From Candidatus Cloacimonadales bacterium (GTDB taxonomy: Bacteria > Cloacimonadota > Cloacimonadia > Cloacimonadales > JAIOQZ01), in assembly GCA_963662655.2 (NCBI GenBank), contig CAXXTU010000002.1:1408001-1472000 (forward strand): a stretch of DNA of 64,000 nt. The letters are read 5' to 3'. Numbering within the stretch: the first letter of the stretch is position 1; every line of letters starts with the position of its first letter. The translations under genes were made by a program, and so were the position numbers. Below the pieces are notes generated by a model. That model had not been told where the DNA came from and did not search any database. It worked only from the letters and a program-made list of their open reading frames with translations. Below are positions 9,933 through 20,889 of this stretch, one piece after another.

Positions 9933-10694
9933 ATGTGCCAACATATAGCGGATAGCGCACAGATCGGCAAGGACACGATGCTGGGCAAAAACTGCATTGT
10001 CGAGGATGGCGTGATCATTGGAGAGGGCTGCGTGATCGGCCACAATGTCGTCATCCACAAAGATTCTCAGATCGGGTGTTTCGTCCGTATCGACGACAAC
10101 ACCATTATCGGCAAGGAACCGATGGCGTCTCCGAGGAGCATATTTCAAACGGAAAAAGAATATCGCCCCGCCAAGATTGCGGATGAATGCCTGATCGGCG
10201 CGAACGTGGTGATCTACGTTCAGTGCGAAATCGGCAGAAAGACGTTGATCGCGGACCTCGCCACGATACGCGAGAATGTATCCATCGGCGAATTCAACAT
10301 CATCGGGCGCAACGTCGCGATCGAGAATTTCGTGAAAATCGGAAACCGCAACAAGTTCGAGACCAACTGCTACATCACCGCCTATTCCGAGGTCGAAGAC
10401 TACTGCTTCGTCGCACCATGCGTTGCCACCAGCAACGACAACTACGTGGCCCGTGACAAAGAGCGCTACGAACATTTCAAAGGCGTCACGATCAAAACCG
10501 GCGGACGTATCGGCGTCAACGCCACGATCCTGCCTGGGAGAGTCATTGAGCCGGACGCACTTGTCGCCGGCGGCTCCGTTCTCACGAAAAACGCAACGCA
10601 AGAAGACATCTGGCTGGGAAGCCCTGCCAGAGCCATACGCAAAGTTCCCGACGCACAGCTATTAAAGAATAACCTGGATGCGAAAAAAGACTGA
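9933..10694 (+). CDS. Hexapeptide-repeat N-acetyltransferase (sugar-nucleotide acyltransferase-like)
   Basis: Extensive [LIV]G-x-x-x-x repeats; GGAG RBS before ATG 9933. Confidence 0.8.
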   Translation: MCQHIADSAQIGKDTMLGKNCIVEDGVIIGEGCVIGHNVVIHKDSQIGCFVRIDDNTIIGKEPMASPRSIFQTEKEYRPAKIADECLIGANVVIYVQCEIGRKTLIADLATIRENVSIGEFNIIGRNVAIENFVKIGNRNKFETNCYITAYSEVEDYCFVAPCVATSNDNYVARDKERYEHFKGVTIKTGGRIGVNATILPGRVIEPDALVAGGSVLTKNATQEDIWLGSPARAIRKVPDAQLLKNNLDAKKD

Positions 10695-10709
10695 CTTGAA
10701 GAGGTATCA

Positions 10710-11444
10710 ATGAAACCGCTGGTAATCGTACCAACCTATAACGAAGCTGACAACATGCCTGAGCTTCTCAAGGCATTGCTCTACCTGCACGAGGACCTGA
10801 ACATCTTGATCGTTGACGACAACTCCCCCGACGGTACCGCCCAAATCGTTGAAGAGGCCATGAAGACCGAGCCAAGAATCCACATCCTCAAACGAGCCGG
10901 CAAGATGGGCCTCGGTTCCGCTTACGTGGAGGGTTTCCGCTATGCGATCAAGGAAAAATACGACCTGATCTTCCAGATGGACGCCGATTTCTCACATAAC
11001 CCGGCGATCATCCTGATGATGATGGAGATTATAGAAGATTACGACCTGGTCATCGGTTCGCGCTACATCAGCGGCATCAACGTGGTCAACTGGCCGCTTT
11101 CCCGCCTGATCCTGAGCTACATGGCCGCCAAGTACGTCCGTATCATCACCGGCATGCGCATCAAAGACCCGACAGGCGGCTTCAAATGCTTCCGTCGTGA
11201 AGTCCTGGAAACCATCGACCTGGACGGCATTTTATCCGATGGCTATTCCTTCCAGATCGAGACCAACTACCGCACCTGGCTGCACGAGTTTCGCATCAAG
11301 GAGATTCCCATCGTCTTCACGGATCGGCGCAGCGGGCAATCGAAGATGTCCAAGAAGATCATCCGCGAGGCAATCCTGGTTGTGTGGAAACTTTTATTCT
11401 ATCATCTCATCGGAAAAATTCCATGCAAGAGACACAAGAACTGA
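10710..11444 (+). CDS. Polyprenol monophosphomannose synthase (DPM1-like GT2)
   Basis: PTYNEADN, VDDNSPDGT, MDADFSH, GSRY, FTDRRSGQSKM. Confidence 0.9.
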   Translation: MKPLVIVPTYNEADNMPELLKALLYLHEDLNILIVDDNSPDGTAQIVEEAMKTEPRIHILKRAGKMGLGSAYVEGFRYAIKEKYDLIFQMDADFSHNPAIILMMMEIIEDYDLVIGSRYISGINVVNWPLSRLILSYMAAKYVRIITGMRIKDPTGGFKCFRREVLETIDLDGILSDGYSFQIETNYRTWLHEFRIKEIPIVFTDRRSGQSKMSKKIIREAILVVWKLLFYHLIGKIPCKRHKN

Positions 11445-12760
11445 GCTCGGTTCTCATAGAGAAGCTGGTATTCAAGGGCTTTGGCCTGGGGCATTCGGAA
11501 GGGTACACCGTTTTTGTCATGAACGCGGTTCCCGAGGACGTCGTCGACGTCGAGGTGGTTCACAAGAAAAAAGGCGTCCTGATGTGCCGGATCACGAACT
11601 TCATCAAGGAATCGCCCCACCGAATCAATCCCGAATGCGAGGTTTTCGGCAAGTGCGGCGGCTGCGACTGGCTTAACCTCCCCTACGACATCCAGATTCT
11701 GTTCAAGCAGCAGGTGATCGAGTCCTTTTTCCAGGAGTTCGATATCCCACGGGTTTACCCGATCATTGCAGCAGAAGAACCTTACAACTACCGCAACAAA
11801 AGCTTTCTCCCGGTTTCCGGCAGCGTGAACGATCCCCATATCGGGATGTTTTCGCGCATGAGTCACGAGATCGTTCCGCACAAGAATTGCCGTATACAGC
11901 CCGAGATATTCGATCGAACGGTGGAGGTATTCAGGCAATACATGATCGCCTCCAAGGCGGAACCCTACAAGGAAGACACCCACTCCGGCATGGTGCGACA
12001 CATCGGATTGCGGTGTTCCTCATCGACCGGCGAATTCGTGTTCATCGTGGTTACGAAGAGCAAGAAACTACCCTTCACCCAGCAGCTAGTCCGCGAGATG
12101 ACGGCACACTTCCCCAAGCTCGTCGGGATCGTCCAGAACGTCAACCGCTCTCCCGGAAACACGATTCTGGGTAACGACGAGAAACTGCTCTGGGGCCGCG
12201 ACCACATCATCGAGAACATCGGCTCGAAGCGTTTTAAAATCAACTACAAATCATTCTTCCAGATCAATTCGCAGCAAACGCACACGCTCTACTCTTTTAT
12301 TTGCGATAACTCCGGCAAGAATCGCAATATCGTCGATGCGTACAGCGGTATCGGCTCCATCGGGATATACGTCAGCGAAAACGCCGAAAAAGTATTTTGC
12401 ATCGAGCGCAACAGCAGCGCCTGTGCTGACGCGGCGGAGAATGCGCGATTGAACGGCGTGAGCAACTGCGAATTCATCGAAGGCAGCGTGGAAGACGCGA
12501 TCCCGAAACTCACCGCAAACAACGGCATCGACACGATCATCTTCGATCCTCCACGGCGCGGCCTGGAGGGAGATATCATCGAATGCGTCGCCAATATTCC
12601 GCGCATCATCTACACAAGCTGCAACCCGTCCACGCAGGTGCGGGATATCCGCGAGTTCCTCAGGCGCGGGTACCGCCTTTGCAAGGTGCAGCCGTTCGAT
12701 ATGTTTCCTCACACCTACCACATCGAAAATGTGGCGATACTGGAGAAGACGGATGCGTAA
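11423..12760 (+). CDS. rlmD: 23S rRNA (U1939-C5) methyltransferase RlmD
   Basis: TRAM domain, CEVFGKCGGC Fe-S motif, SFFQIN, DPPRRG, YTSCNP, DMFPHTYHIE. Confidence 0.92.
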   Translation: MQETQELSSVLIEKLVFKGFGLGHSEGYTVFVMNAVPEDVVDVEVVHKKKGVLMCRITNFIKESPHRINPECEVFGKCGGCDWLNLPYDIQILFKQQVIESFFQEFDIPRVYPIIAAEEPYNYRNKSFLPVSGSVNDPHIGMFSRMSHEIVPHKNCRIQPEIFDRTVEVFRQYMIASKAEPYKEDTHSGMVRHIGLRCSSSTGEFVFIVVTKSKKLPFTQQLVREMTAHFPKLVGIVQNVNRSPGNTILGNDEKLLWGRDHIIENIGSKRFKINYKSFFQINSQQTHTLYSFICDNSGKNRNIVDAYSGIGSIGIYVSENAEKVFCIERNSSACADAAENARLNGVSNCEFIEGSVEDAIPKLTANNGIDTIIFDPPRRGLEGDIIECVANIPRIIYTSCNPSTQVRDIREFLRRGYRLCKVQPFDMFPHTYHIENVAILEKTDA

Positions 12761-13700
12761 ATTCTGTTCCATTATCATCGTGATTTCAAGCATGTTCCTG
12801 CTGATTTCATGCGATGGCTCCACCAGCGACAGCGACGTCGCCGAGTTCCAGATCAATGAAATCCTCGACGACATCGTGGAGAACTTCAACAACCACGATC
12901 TCGACGCCATCATGGCTTTTTACCATAACGATTTCCTTCACAATGGCGATAACCTGGCTTATGTTCGCTACGACTGGCAAGCACGCATGGTCGGTTACCT
13001 GACAATGGAAATTGAAGACGTCGAAGTGGAGAAAGATGGCCTGGACGCGGTCGCCAGCTTCACCATGATCCTCTCGACTTACGACGAGGATTTTTACTAT
13101 CTCGAACCGGCGGACCACGGTGACTTCTCCTATTTCCGGAAGGAGCTGACGAGTTGGGAAATCTACGGCAATCAGGAATACGATTCCAGCTCCGGCTACA
13201 AGCTCATCATCGATACCGAGCCGCAGAACGCGTCGATTTACCTGGACGACGCCTCCATGTATCAATACACCCCGGCCGTCCTGCAATCCCTGCCGGCGGG
13301 AACCTATACCCTGCGCTTGTACAAGTATGGCTACAACGAATGGCAGCAAGAGGTTAACGTTCCGCATGTTCTTGAAATCGAGCACAGCTTCGTCGCGCCC
13401 GGCTATCCCGTTCCGAAGTTCGATCTCGACAGCCCCCTAAACGGAATCAACTACAGCAGCGAAACCGTCTCGCTGGCCGGACTGCTCCGCAACAAAGCTT
13501 CCAATGGAGTCACGAACGATTTCGACGGCACGAGATACATCATGTCCCTCAACGGGCAGGAAACGATCCATCAAACCAACGGCGTTCTGGTCGAGCTGCT
13601 CCACATCCAGCCGGGAGAAAACCAGCTTCAATTGCGAGCCACCAACGCAGACGGCAACACGGGCTGGAGCAATACAATCACCTTTCAGGGAGCTTTCTGA
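12753..13700 (+). CDS. Putative lipoprotein with NTF2/SnoaL-like and PEGA domains
   Basis: Lipobox LLISC; PEGA-like IDTEPQNASIYLD...TP...LPAGTYTLRLYKYGY. Confidence 0.7.
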   Translation: MRKFCSIIIVISSMFLLISCDGSTSDSDVAEFQINEILDDIVENFNNHDLDAIMAFYHNDFLHNGDNLAYVRYDWQARMVGYLTMEIEDVEVEKDGLDAVASFTMILSTYDEDFYYLEPADHGDFSYFRKELTSWEIYGNQEYDSSSGYKLIIDTEPQNASIYLDDASMYQYTPAVLQSLPAGTYTLRLYKYGYNEWQQEVNVPHVLEIEHSFVAPGYPVPKFDLDSPLNGINYSSETVSLAGLLRNKASNGVTNDFDGTRYIMSLNGQETIHQTNGVLVELLHIQPGENQLQLRATNADGNTGWSNTITFQGAF

Positions 13701-14344
13701 TGCACAACGAGATCGCAGAGGCCAAGCAGCAGATCATCCAGTGGTTTCAGCGCATATACGATCGAAACCTGACCACCTCTTCCGGCGGCAACCTGAGCAG
13801 GAGAATCCATGACTGCGTAGTCTGCTCGCCCACCGGCAAAGACAAGGGATCGCTCAGCGAGTACGATCTCTCGGTTCTCACAATGGATGCGGGAAGCATA
13901 GAATACGAGTGCCGAAACAGCAACCAACCCACCTGCGAAATCCAGATGCACCTGGATATCTATCGTCACAACCCGAAGGCGAAGGCCATCGTTCACGCGC
14001 ACCCCGTTTTCGCTTCGCTCTTCAGCGTCATCGATACGAAGCTCCGCAACGATCTTTTTTCGGAGACATTTATCTTCATACCCCGGATCGAGTATGTTGA
14101 ATACCACCCTCCCGGAAGCATCGCTCTTGCCGAGGCGGTGGGAAAAGCATCCGAAATTTCCGACGCGCTGATTTTACGAAACCACGGCGTTGTCATCGTC
14201 GGTGAATCGCTCGATAACTGCTTCCGCAATCTCGAGGTGCTCGAACACAGTGCGAAAGCACAATTTCTTCTCATGGGCCGGCGAGACGTGAAAGCCCTTT
14301 CCTCCACGAAGTTGAGCGAACTGTCTGCGCTGTTTCACCTTTAG
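13700..14344 (+). CDS. Class II aldolase/adducin family protein
   Basis: GGNLS, PTCEIQMHLDIY, VHAHP, LRNHG. Confidence 0.9.
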   Translation: MHNEIAEAKQQIIQWFQRIYDRNLTTSSGGNLSRRIHDCVVCSPTGKDKGSLSEYDLSVLTMDAGSIEYECRNSNQPTCEIQMHLDIYRHNPKAKAIVHAHPVFASLFSVIDTKLRNDLFSETFIFIPRIEYVEYHPPGSIALAEAVGKASEISDALILRNHGVVIVGESLDNCFRNLEVLEHSAKAQFLLMGRRDVKALSSTKLSELSALFHL

Positions 14345-14587
14345 GATTTCTCCATTCCTTTCCCCGTTACGCTACTGAAAGAAAAGGCGGAAAATGCAAA
14401 ACTAACATTTGCCTGATCCGCTATTCAGCTTTATATTTATTCTAAGCACACATCTACAATGATACCATGCACATCTATTACAGTGGCATAATTGTATCAT
14501 CTGCAGAGCAAATACTAAAATTATCGGTTGACTTGATGAAACGCGAATACAATTTTTGACTTTGGTGCAAAGGGATAGGAGGAAATC

Positions 14588-15208
14588 GTGCGGAAGATCA
14601 CAAAGCATTCGGAACGAATGACAAGGAAACAGGAAAAGAAACGCAAAGCGATCATTGAATCTGCTATTGAAACCTTCTCGAAACGGGGATTTCATCGTGC
14701 AAAAATTTCTGAGATCGCCAAGCACGCGAAAGTGGCGGACGGTACCGTTTACCTTTATTTCAAAAACAAAGACGAACTTCTCATGAAGGCGTTCGAGTAC
14801 CTCTTCGAAGAAAAATTGAAAGACATCACCGAGAAGGTCAACCAGGAAGATAGTCCCGCGGCAAGGCTTGACAAGTTCTTCGATTTGCACATCGAATTAT
14901 TCACAGCAAATCCACATATCGCCAGATTCATGTCGGTCGAACTTCGCCAGAGCCCCGAGTTTTATGGCCGCTATCCAAAATACTGGCCGCTTCAAGGTTA
15001 TTTGAATTTCTTGCATCAGCTATGTTCGGATGCAGTGGAAGCGAAGGTGATTCGACCCATCGATACCCATGCGCTCACATATATTATTTTCGGAACGGTA
15101 GATTTTATTCTCACACTTTGGACGGTACATCGCGACAATGTATCGCTCGAAGCGCTCAAGAAGCAAATCATCGATATCATTCGCTACGGTACTCGTGATA
15201 AAGTATAA
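14588..15208 (+). CDS. TetR/AcrR family transcriptional regulator
   Basis: HTH IAKHAKVADGTVYLYFKNKDEL; AGGAGG RBS before GTG. Confidence 0.92.
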   Translation: MRKITKHSERMTRKQEKKRKAIIESAIETFSKRGFHRAKISEIAKHAKVADGTVYLYFKNKDELLMKAFEYLFEEKLKDITEKVNQEDSPAARLDKFFDLHIELFTANPHIARFMSVELRQSPEFYGRYPKYWPLQGYLNFLHQLCSDAVEAKVIRPIDTHALTYIIFGTVDFILTLWTVHRDNVSLEALKKQIIDIIRYGTRDKV

Positions 15209-15216
15209 TATTTCAC

Positions 15217-15245
15217 TTGACACGAAAACCATTGGATTCCAGATT
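15217..15245 (+). promoter_or_regulatory. Putative sigma70 promoter of the rpsU operon
   Basis: TTGACA-N17-CAGATT upstream of rpsU. Confidence 0.45.
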
Positions 15246-15283
15246 GATACGATGTAATTTTTAACAGAAAGGAGGTGATGTTC

Positions 15284-15487
15284 GTGCCTACAGTATTCCA
15301 TCGCGAAGGTGAACCCTTTGAAGTGATGCTGAAGAAGTTTAAGAAAAAATGCGAAAAGGCTTCGATACTCTCTGATATCAAGAAGCACCAGGTTTTCGAA
15401 AAACCGAGTGATAAAAGAAAACGTAAAATCAACGCCGCTCGCAGAAAACTTCTCAAAGCTCTGCGGAAAAAGGAACGTTACTCCTGA
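15284..15487 (+). CDS. rpsU: 30S ribosomal protein S21
   Basis: GEPFEVMLKKFKKKCEKA...FEKPS; GGAGGTG RBS before GTG 15284. Confidence 0.93.
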   Translation: MPTVFHREGEPFEVMLKKFKKKCEKASILSDIKKHQVFEKPSDKRKRKINAARRKLLKALRKKERYS

Positions 15488-15930
15488 TGTTTGATCGAAT
15501 CGCGGAAGATATCAAGAAAGCCATGCTTGCCAAAGACAAGCCGAGGCTGCTTGTCCTTCGGTCAATGAAAACCGATCTGATGAATCGCAAAATCGAGCTC
15601 ATCACAGATAAGCTGACCGACGAAGAAGCGCTGCTCGTGCTTCACAGGGCCGTCAAGGCTCGTGAACAGGCTATCGAGATGTTCCAGCAGGGAAACCGCA
15701 CCGATTTGGTTGAAAACGGAAGACGTGAAATTAAAATCATTCAGGAATACCTTCCTCGCAACTTCACACCCGAGGAAATCGAAAAGATCGTCGACGAAGT
15801 CTTCGAGACCGAGAAACCCGAGGGAATGAAGGACATGGGGAAAGTGATGAAAGCGGTTCTCGATAGAACCGGAACCCGCGCGGACGGCAAGATCGTTAGC
15901 TCGATCGTGCGCCAGAAACTCAATTCCTGA
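15487..15930 (+). CDS. GatB/YqeY domain protein
   Basis: DIKKAMLAKDK...YLP...KDMGKVM...RADGK; usual position after rpsU. Confidence 0.92.
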   Translation: MFDRIAEDIKKAMLAKDKPRLLVLRSMKTDLMNRKIELITDKLTDEEALLVLHRAVKAREQAIEMFQQGNRTDLVENGRREIKIIQEYLPRNFTPEEIEKIVDEVFETEKPEGMKDMGKVMKAVLDRTGTRADGKIVSSIVRQKLNS

Positions 15931-15955
15931 TACGATTCGTTTTCAGTAATTTTTT

Positions 15956-15985
15956 GAAGGGAGTAATAAGCTCCCTTCTTTTTTT
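15956..15985 (+). terminator. Intrinsic terminator after yqeY
   Basis: GAAGGGAG-taataag-CTCCCTTC followed by a T run. Confidence 0.8.
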
Positions 15986-16043
15986 CTCATGAATGCTTTC
16001 GGTTCCATTGCATAGCTTGAGAGTGATCGAAATGACAATTTCC

Positions 16044-16205
16044 GTCACCCTGAGTGTCCAGACGTGTCGGGGGTGTCGAAGGATCGATCGATGTAGCGAA
16101 CATGACTGCGCTTCACAAAGTCACAACGATCGTATTTTCGTTTGGGCTTCGTAAAAGCCAGAAGTGTATGCTTCGATACGATGCTCGCGCATCACTCAGC
16201 ATGAC
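16044..16205. repeat. Inverted pair of REP-like palindromes (REPIN/MITE-like)
   Basis: Left GTCACCCTGAGTG...TCGAAG; right end reverse complement GTCATGCTGAGTG...TCGAAG; internal hairpins. Confidence 0.55.
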
Positions 16206-16273
16206 AACCAGGTTTTGCGATCTCGTGTACGATGCAAAGGCACCGGAACAAACAACAATTGCAAGGGTGAATC

Positions 16274-16789
16274 ATGACAGACATCATACTGGCGATCATA
16301 CTGATAGCATTGGGATTCTTCGGACTCCGCAAGGGTTTCATAGCGTCGATCATCCACTTTATCGGCTTCTTCGTCGCGTTCATTCTCATGATGCGCTATG
16401 CGCCCCTCTTGCAAGCTCTTCTGCTTAAGCACTTCGACATCAATCCGCTGGTTACGGGCATCATCGCTTACGTCACGCTGTTCATCATCGTAATGGTCAT
16501 AACCCGCATCCTCATCCTGCTCATGGAGAAGCTCATCGACCTCGCAATGCTCAAATTCGTTGACAGGCTGCTGGGCTTCACGCTCGGGCTGGCCATCGGA
16601 TTCTTCATAGTTTGCATGCTCTATACGGTGCTGTGGGCAACCCCGCTACAAGACTATATCATCGAGCTCGAATCGAAATCCGCCGTACTGAAGGCAGCCA
16701 GCGTTTTCTCGCGCGAGATGCGCCAGATCATAGGAAGCAAGCTGCCCTCGCCACCTGAAACGAACATTGAAAGCTGGACGCTACTATGA
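16274..16789 (+). CDS. cvpA: CvpA family (colicin V production) membrane protein
   Basis: GLRKGFI and DRLLGFTLG motifs, 4 TM; adjacent to mutS2. Confidence 0.85.
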   Translation: MTDIILAIILIALGFFGLRKGFIASIIHFIGFFVAFILMMRYAPLLQALLLKHFDINPLVTGIIAYVTLFIIVMVITRILILLMEKLIDLAMLKFVDRLLGFTLGLAIGFFIVCMLYTVLWATPLQDYIIELESKSAVLKAASVFSREMRQIIGSKLPSPPETNIESWTLL

Positions 16790-19131
16790 ACATGCTCAAT
16801 CAACTCGAATACCATAAAATTATACAGCACATCATCGATGAATGCGGCTCGGACCCAGGCAAGCAAAAGGCTGCCGGGATCAAGCCGCTACAGGACATCG
16901 ATGCAATCCGGCACAAGCTCTCCTACGCCTCCCAGGTGCGCCAGGCGCTGAGCGACCGCGGAGAAGTGAACTTCGAACGCGTTACGGATATCACGCGCCT
17001 TATCGTCGATTACCCGCACCAGAGCTACAACTTCGATGAATTCGGCCGGATATGCGCCAACATCGAAGCCTCGGAACTGCTGATCGCCCACTCGCAGGAG
17101 ATGAACGAGGATGACTACCCGAGTCTCTTCAACGACCTCCGTTCCCTCACCCCCATGCCGGATGTCCTGGCAAGGTTCCATCAGATTTTCGATTCCGAAG
17201 GAGAAATCCTCGATACCGCTTCCCCCGAACTGCTCCGAATTCGTAAACGAAAGCGGCAGGTTCGCGGAGCGATCCAGTCGAAGCTCCAGAAATACATTGC
17301 TTCGCAGGGAGCGCACCTGACGGATTCCTTCGTCACGATGCGCGACAACCGCTATGTGATCCCCGTCCGCGAGGCGTCGGCCGGAAGCATCGACGGTCTC
17401 ATGCACGGACGCTCCGCCAGCCGTTCCACCGTTTTTATGGAGCCGGCTCCTGTGGTGCAGTTCAACAACGAGCTCAACACCCTCGAAGACGACGAGAAGG
17501 AAGAAATCTATCGCCTCCTAAAGGATTTTTCCGATCACATCAAGCTCTATAGCGAAACACTCCTGAAAGACCTCGGAACGCTGATCCAGCTCGATCTCTT
17601 CTACGGAATCGCTAAATTCTCCCGTCGCATCGACGCCCGGGCTCCCATCATCTCGGAAGAGCCGATCCTGAATCTCGTGAAGGCGCGTCACCCCCTTTTG
17701 ATATGTAGCATGGGAGACATCCGAAAGGTCATCCCCTTCGATCTCGAACTCGGGCAGGACTACCGGATCCTGGTAATCTCGGGTCCGAACACGGGAGGAA
17801 AGACGGTCACGCTTAAGAGCGCTGGACTTCTCTCGCTCATGGCCCTCTCGGGACTCCTCATTCCCGCAGAAGCTGAATCGGTCGTCGGCCTCTTCGATCA
17901 CGTCTTCGCGGACATCGGCGACGACCAGTCGCTGGAAAACGCGCTCAGCACCTTTTCCTCGCACATCAAGCGCATTCAGGAGATGCTGGACAACGCGACG
18001 GAGCGCACTCTGATCCTCATCGACGAGATCGGGGCGGCTACCGATCCCGAGCAAGGCTCCGCGCTGGCACAGGCGATTCTGGAAGTCCTCGAGAAACGGC
18101 ACTCGCTGTGCGTTATCACGACCCACTACACCGTGCTGAAGGTCCACGCCGAGCAGTCCGAATCCTGCCGCAACGCGGCCATGCACTTCGATCCCGACAA
18201 GCACGTTCCCACATATCGTTTCAAGCTCGGGTTACCGGGAAACAGCTTCGCCATCGAGGTCGCGTCCTCGCTTGGCCTGAGCCCGTCCCTCATCAAACGA
18301 GCCAAGGAACTTACGGGCAAGCAGAACGTCGAGCTCACGGAACTCCTGGTGAAAATGAACCACGAGAAGAAGGAGCTGGCCCGACAGAACTACCAGTCCT
18401 CTTTGCACAACAGCCTGCTTCAGAAGCGTATCGACGAGTACGAGCAAAAGCTTTCTCGCGTCGAAGAGGAAACAAAAGAGGTCAAGAAGCGTTCTATTCG
18501 TGAAGCCAGAGAGTATCTAATCCAGTTCCAGAAGGAATTGCAGAATGAAATGGCCGACCTGAAGAAGAGCGGGAAAGCGCAACGCAAGCAGAAGATTCAG
18601 GAGATCAGCAAGAGCGCCGACAAGATTCAGGTCGATCTGGCAAAGGAAGAATCGAAGCTGATCGACATCAAGGGCAAACAGCTCGAGAATCCGAAGATCG
18701 GCATGGAAGTGTGGGTGAAGGATTTCGATTCCCGCGGAATCGTCACCGAGATTTCCAGTAACCAAATCAAGGTTGATGTAAACGGTTTTTACTATACAAC
18801 CAGGTTATCCAACCTTTTTGTAATAGAAAAAAAGAAAGCGCAACAGACTTCGAGCGGGGTTTCTGTGGAAGCCTCGAACGCAAAGTCGGCGTCCCTGGAG
18901 CTCATGCTGCTGGGCATGACGTTCGATGAAGCGCTACCCAAGATCGAAGTGTTTCTGGACAACGCGTTGATGAATGGTTTGAATAAGGTACGAATCGTGC
19001 ATGGCAAAGGCACCGGAGCTCTGAGAGCGAAAGTGCGTCAGTACCTGCGCAAGAATAAAAAAGTCGTCGAATTCTACTCTCCTCCCTCGGAAGCGGGTGG
19101 AGACGGAGTGACGGTGGTAAGCTTTAATTAG
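16786..19131 (+). CDS. mutS2: Endonuclease MutS2
   Basis: SGPNTGGKT, DIGDDQS...LSTFSSH, DEIGAATDP, C-terminal Smr IVHGKGTG. Confidence 0.95.
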   Translation: MNMLNQLEYHKIIQHIIDECGSDPGKQKAAGIKPLQDIDAIRHKLSYASQVRQALSDRGEVNFERVTDITRLIVDYPHQSYNFDEFGRICANIEASELLIAHSQEMNEDDYPSLFNDLRSLTPMPDVLARFHQIFDSEGEILDTASPELLRIRKRKRQVRGAIQSKLQKYIASQGAHLTDSFVTMRDNRYVIPVREASAGSIDGLMHGRSASRSTVFMEPAPVVQFNNELNTLEDDEKEEIYRLLKDFSDHIKLYSETLLKDLGTLIQLDLFYGIAKFSRRIDARAPIISEEPILNLVKARHPLLICSMGDIRKVIPFDLELGQDYRILVISGPNTGGKTVTLKSAGLLSLMALSGLLIPAEAESVVGLFDHVFADIGDDQSLENALSTFSSHIKRIQEMLDNATERTLILIDEIGAATDPEQGSALAQAILEVLEKRHSLCVITTHYTVLKVHAEQSESCRNAAMHFDPDKHVPTYRFKLGLPGNSFAIEVASSLGLSPSLIKRAKELTGKQNVELTELLVKMNHEKKELARQNYQSSLHNSLLQKRIDEYEQKLSRVEEETKEVKKRSIREAREYLIQFQKELQNEMADLKKSGKAQRKQKIQEISKSADKIQVDLAKEESKLIDIKGKQLENPKIGMEVWVKDFDSRGIVTEISSNQIKVDVNGFYYTTRLSNLFVIEKKKAQQTSSGVSVEASNAKSASLELMLLGMTFDEALPKIEVFLDNALMNGLNKVRIVHGKGTGALRAKVRQYLRKNKKVVEFYSPPSEAGGDGVTVVSFN

Positions 19132-19144
19132 TCCTGGAGGGAGA

Positions 19145-20866
19145 TTGATCGATCCTGCATTGATCGATGAAATACGCGAACGAAACAATATTGTCGAGGT
19201 GATCGGTAGCTACATACCGCTCAAGCGTGCCGGAAGCAATTTCAAGGCGCGCTGTCCCTTCCACGACGAGAAAACAGCCTCTTTCAACGTCAACGAGAAG
19301 AAGCAGATTTTCAAATGCTTCGGTTGCGGAAAGGGCGGAAACGTATTCACGTTCATCCAGGAATACGAGAAGGTTTCCTTCATCGAGGCAGTTACGCGGC
19401 TGGCGCAGCGCGTGGGAATTCAAATCGAGAAGAGCCACGCAGAATCGGATCAGCCCACCAAGCGGGACATCCTCTTGCAAATCTACCGCCAGGCTCTCGA
19501 TTTCTTCGTCCAGAATCTCAAGGAAAACGGAGAGACGGCTCGCCGGTACATGCTCGAGCGCGGTATCTCGGAAGAGATCATCGCGAAGTATGAGATTGGG
19601 CTGGCCCCAAACAGCTTCAACGCCTTGAAGGAGCATCTTCTGCGCAAGAAATTCGATACGCGAATTCTGCGCGAGAGCGGCCTTTTCAGCTTTGGGAACG
19701 GCGGCGAGGCGTTCGATTACTTCCGAAATCGCGTTATGTTCCCCATCCACAATATTCTCGGGAAGGTCGTGGCCTTCGGGGGACGCGTTATGCCGGGGGA
19801 TCCGAGCAAGGCCAAGTACATCAACTCCCCGGAGACTTCGCTCTACACCAAGGGGGATGAGCTTTTCGGCCTGTACCAGACCCGTTACGACGCCTCCAAG
19901 CTGAACCAGATCATCATCTGCGAAGGCTACACGGACTTCCTTCGTCTGGCGTCGAACGGAGTCGTCAACGCGGTTGCCTCGCTGGGAACGGCGCTGACCG
20001 AAAAACAGATATCCCTCGCGGGACGTTATACAAGTAATTTCGTAATGCTCTACGACGGTGACAACGCAGGTCGAAAGGCCTCCTTGCGAGCCGCGATGGA
20101 AATCCACAAGCGTGGCTTCAGCGCGCAGATTGCCAGTCTGCCCGATGAAGAAGACCCCGACACATTCCTGATGCGTCACAGCGTCGAAGAGCTAAGGCAA
20201 ATCGTCGAGAACGCGGTCTCGATGCCGCTGTTCATGAAACAAACCACATCGCTTGGATTGGAGGAGAAGGAAAAGATCGACATGTTGATCGAAGTTTTAG
20301 GCAATATTGAAGATCCCGTTGCGCAAGAGCTGCAGGCCAGAGACTTCGGCGAAGTCTTTGGGGTATCGACAAAGGCTTTACTATCGAAGATCAAGCCCAC
20401 ACATGGAGATTCCCGTCAGGAAGTGAGAGACGGCCCCGATTTACATCGTTACTCAGAGGAACGGTTATTACTGAAGTTAATGTTGGATGAAAGAATTTTA
20501 TGCGAAAAAGTTTGCGAAGAGATTGATCCAGACTATTTTTTCACTAATGAGTATCGGTATATCTTTGAGAAATTATGTGTATGTGTCGCAGAAATGAAGA
20601 AAACAGAATCGATAATCGAAATGATTGATAATGAAGAAATTCGCAACATGCTATCTGAGATGATGATGGAAGACACACCGGATGTACCGGTTGAAGAAAT
20701 TACAGCTCAGTTACTTACACGCAAGCATTTGCGAGAGTTAAAATCCCTTGAAGAAAAAATTTCGAAAGATATTGACAACATAGAGCTTATACAGAAAAAA
20801 GAAAAGATTAAGAAACGAATTCGACAGCTTGGGAAGAGTGTCGTTTTCAGAACACCTTTTGATTAG
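19145..20866 (+). CDS. dnaG: DNA primase
   Basis: CPFHDEKT...CFGC zinc finger, [20 protein letters not shown] Toprim. Confidence 0.97.
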   Translation: MIDPALIDEIRERNNIVEVIGSYIPLKRAGSNFKARCPFHDEKTASFNVNEKKQIFKCFGCGKGGNVFTFIQEYEKVSFIEAVTRLAQRVGIQIEKSHAESDQPTKRDILLQIYRQALDFFVQNLKENGETARRYMLERGISEEIIAKYEIGLAPNSFNALKEHLLRKKFDTRILRESGLFSFGNGGEAFDYFRNRVMFPIHNILGKVVAFGGRVMPGDPSKAKYINSPETSLYTKGDELFGLYQTRYDASKLNQIIICEGYTDFLRLASNGVVNAVASLGTALTEKQISLAGRYTSNFVMLYDGDNAGRKASLRAAMEIHKRGFSAQIASLPDEEDPDTFLMRHSVEELRQIVENAVSMPLFMKQTTSLGLEEKEKIDMLIEVLGNIEDPVAQELQARDFGEVFGVSTKALLSKIKPTHGDSRQEVRDGPDLHRYSEERLLLKLMLDERILCEKVCEEIDPDYFFTNEYRYIFEKLCVCVAEMKKTESIIEMIDNEEIRNMLSEMMMEDTPDVPVEEITAQLLTRKHLRELKSLEEKISKDIDNIELIQKKEKIKKRIRQLGKSVVFRTPFD

Positions 20867-20889
20867 AACATGGATTCTACGGAGTGTTC

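Noticed and set aside
14345..14587. AT-rich spacer before the TetR gene as an operator array or sRNA
   Set aside because: Only weak palindromes; consistent with an ordinary promoter region
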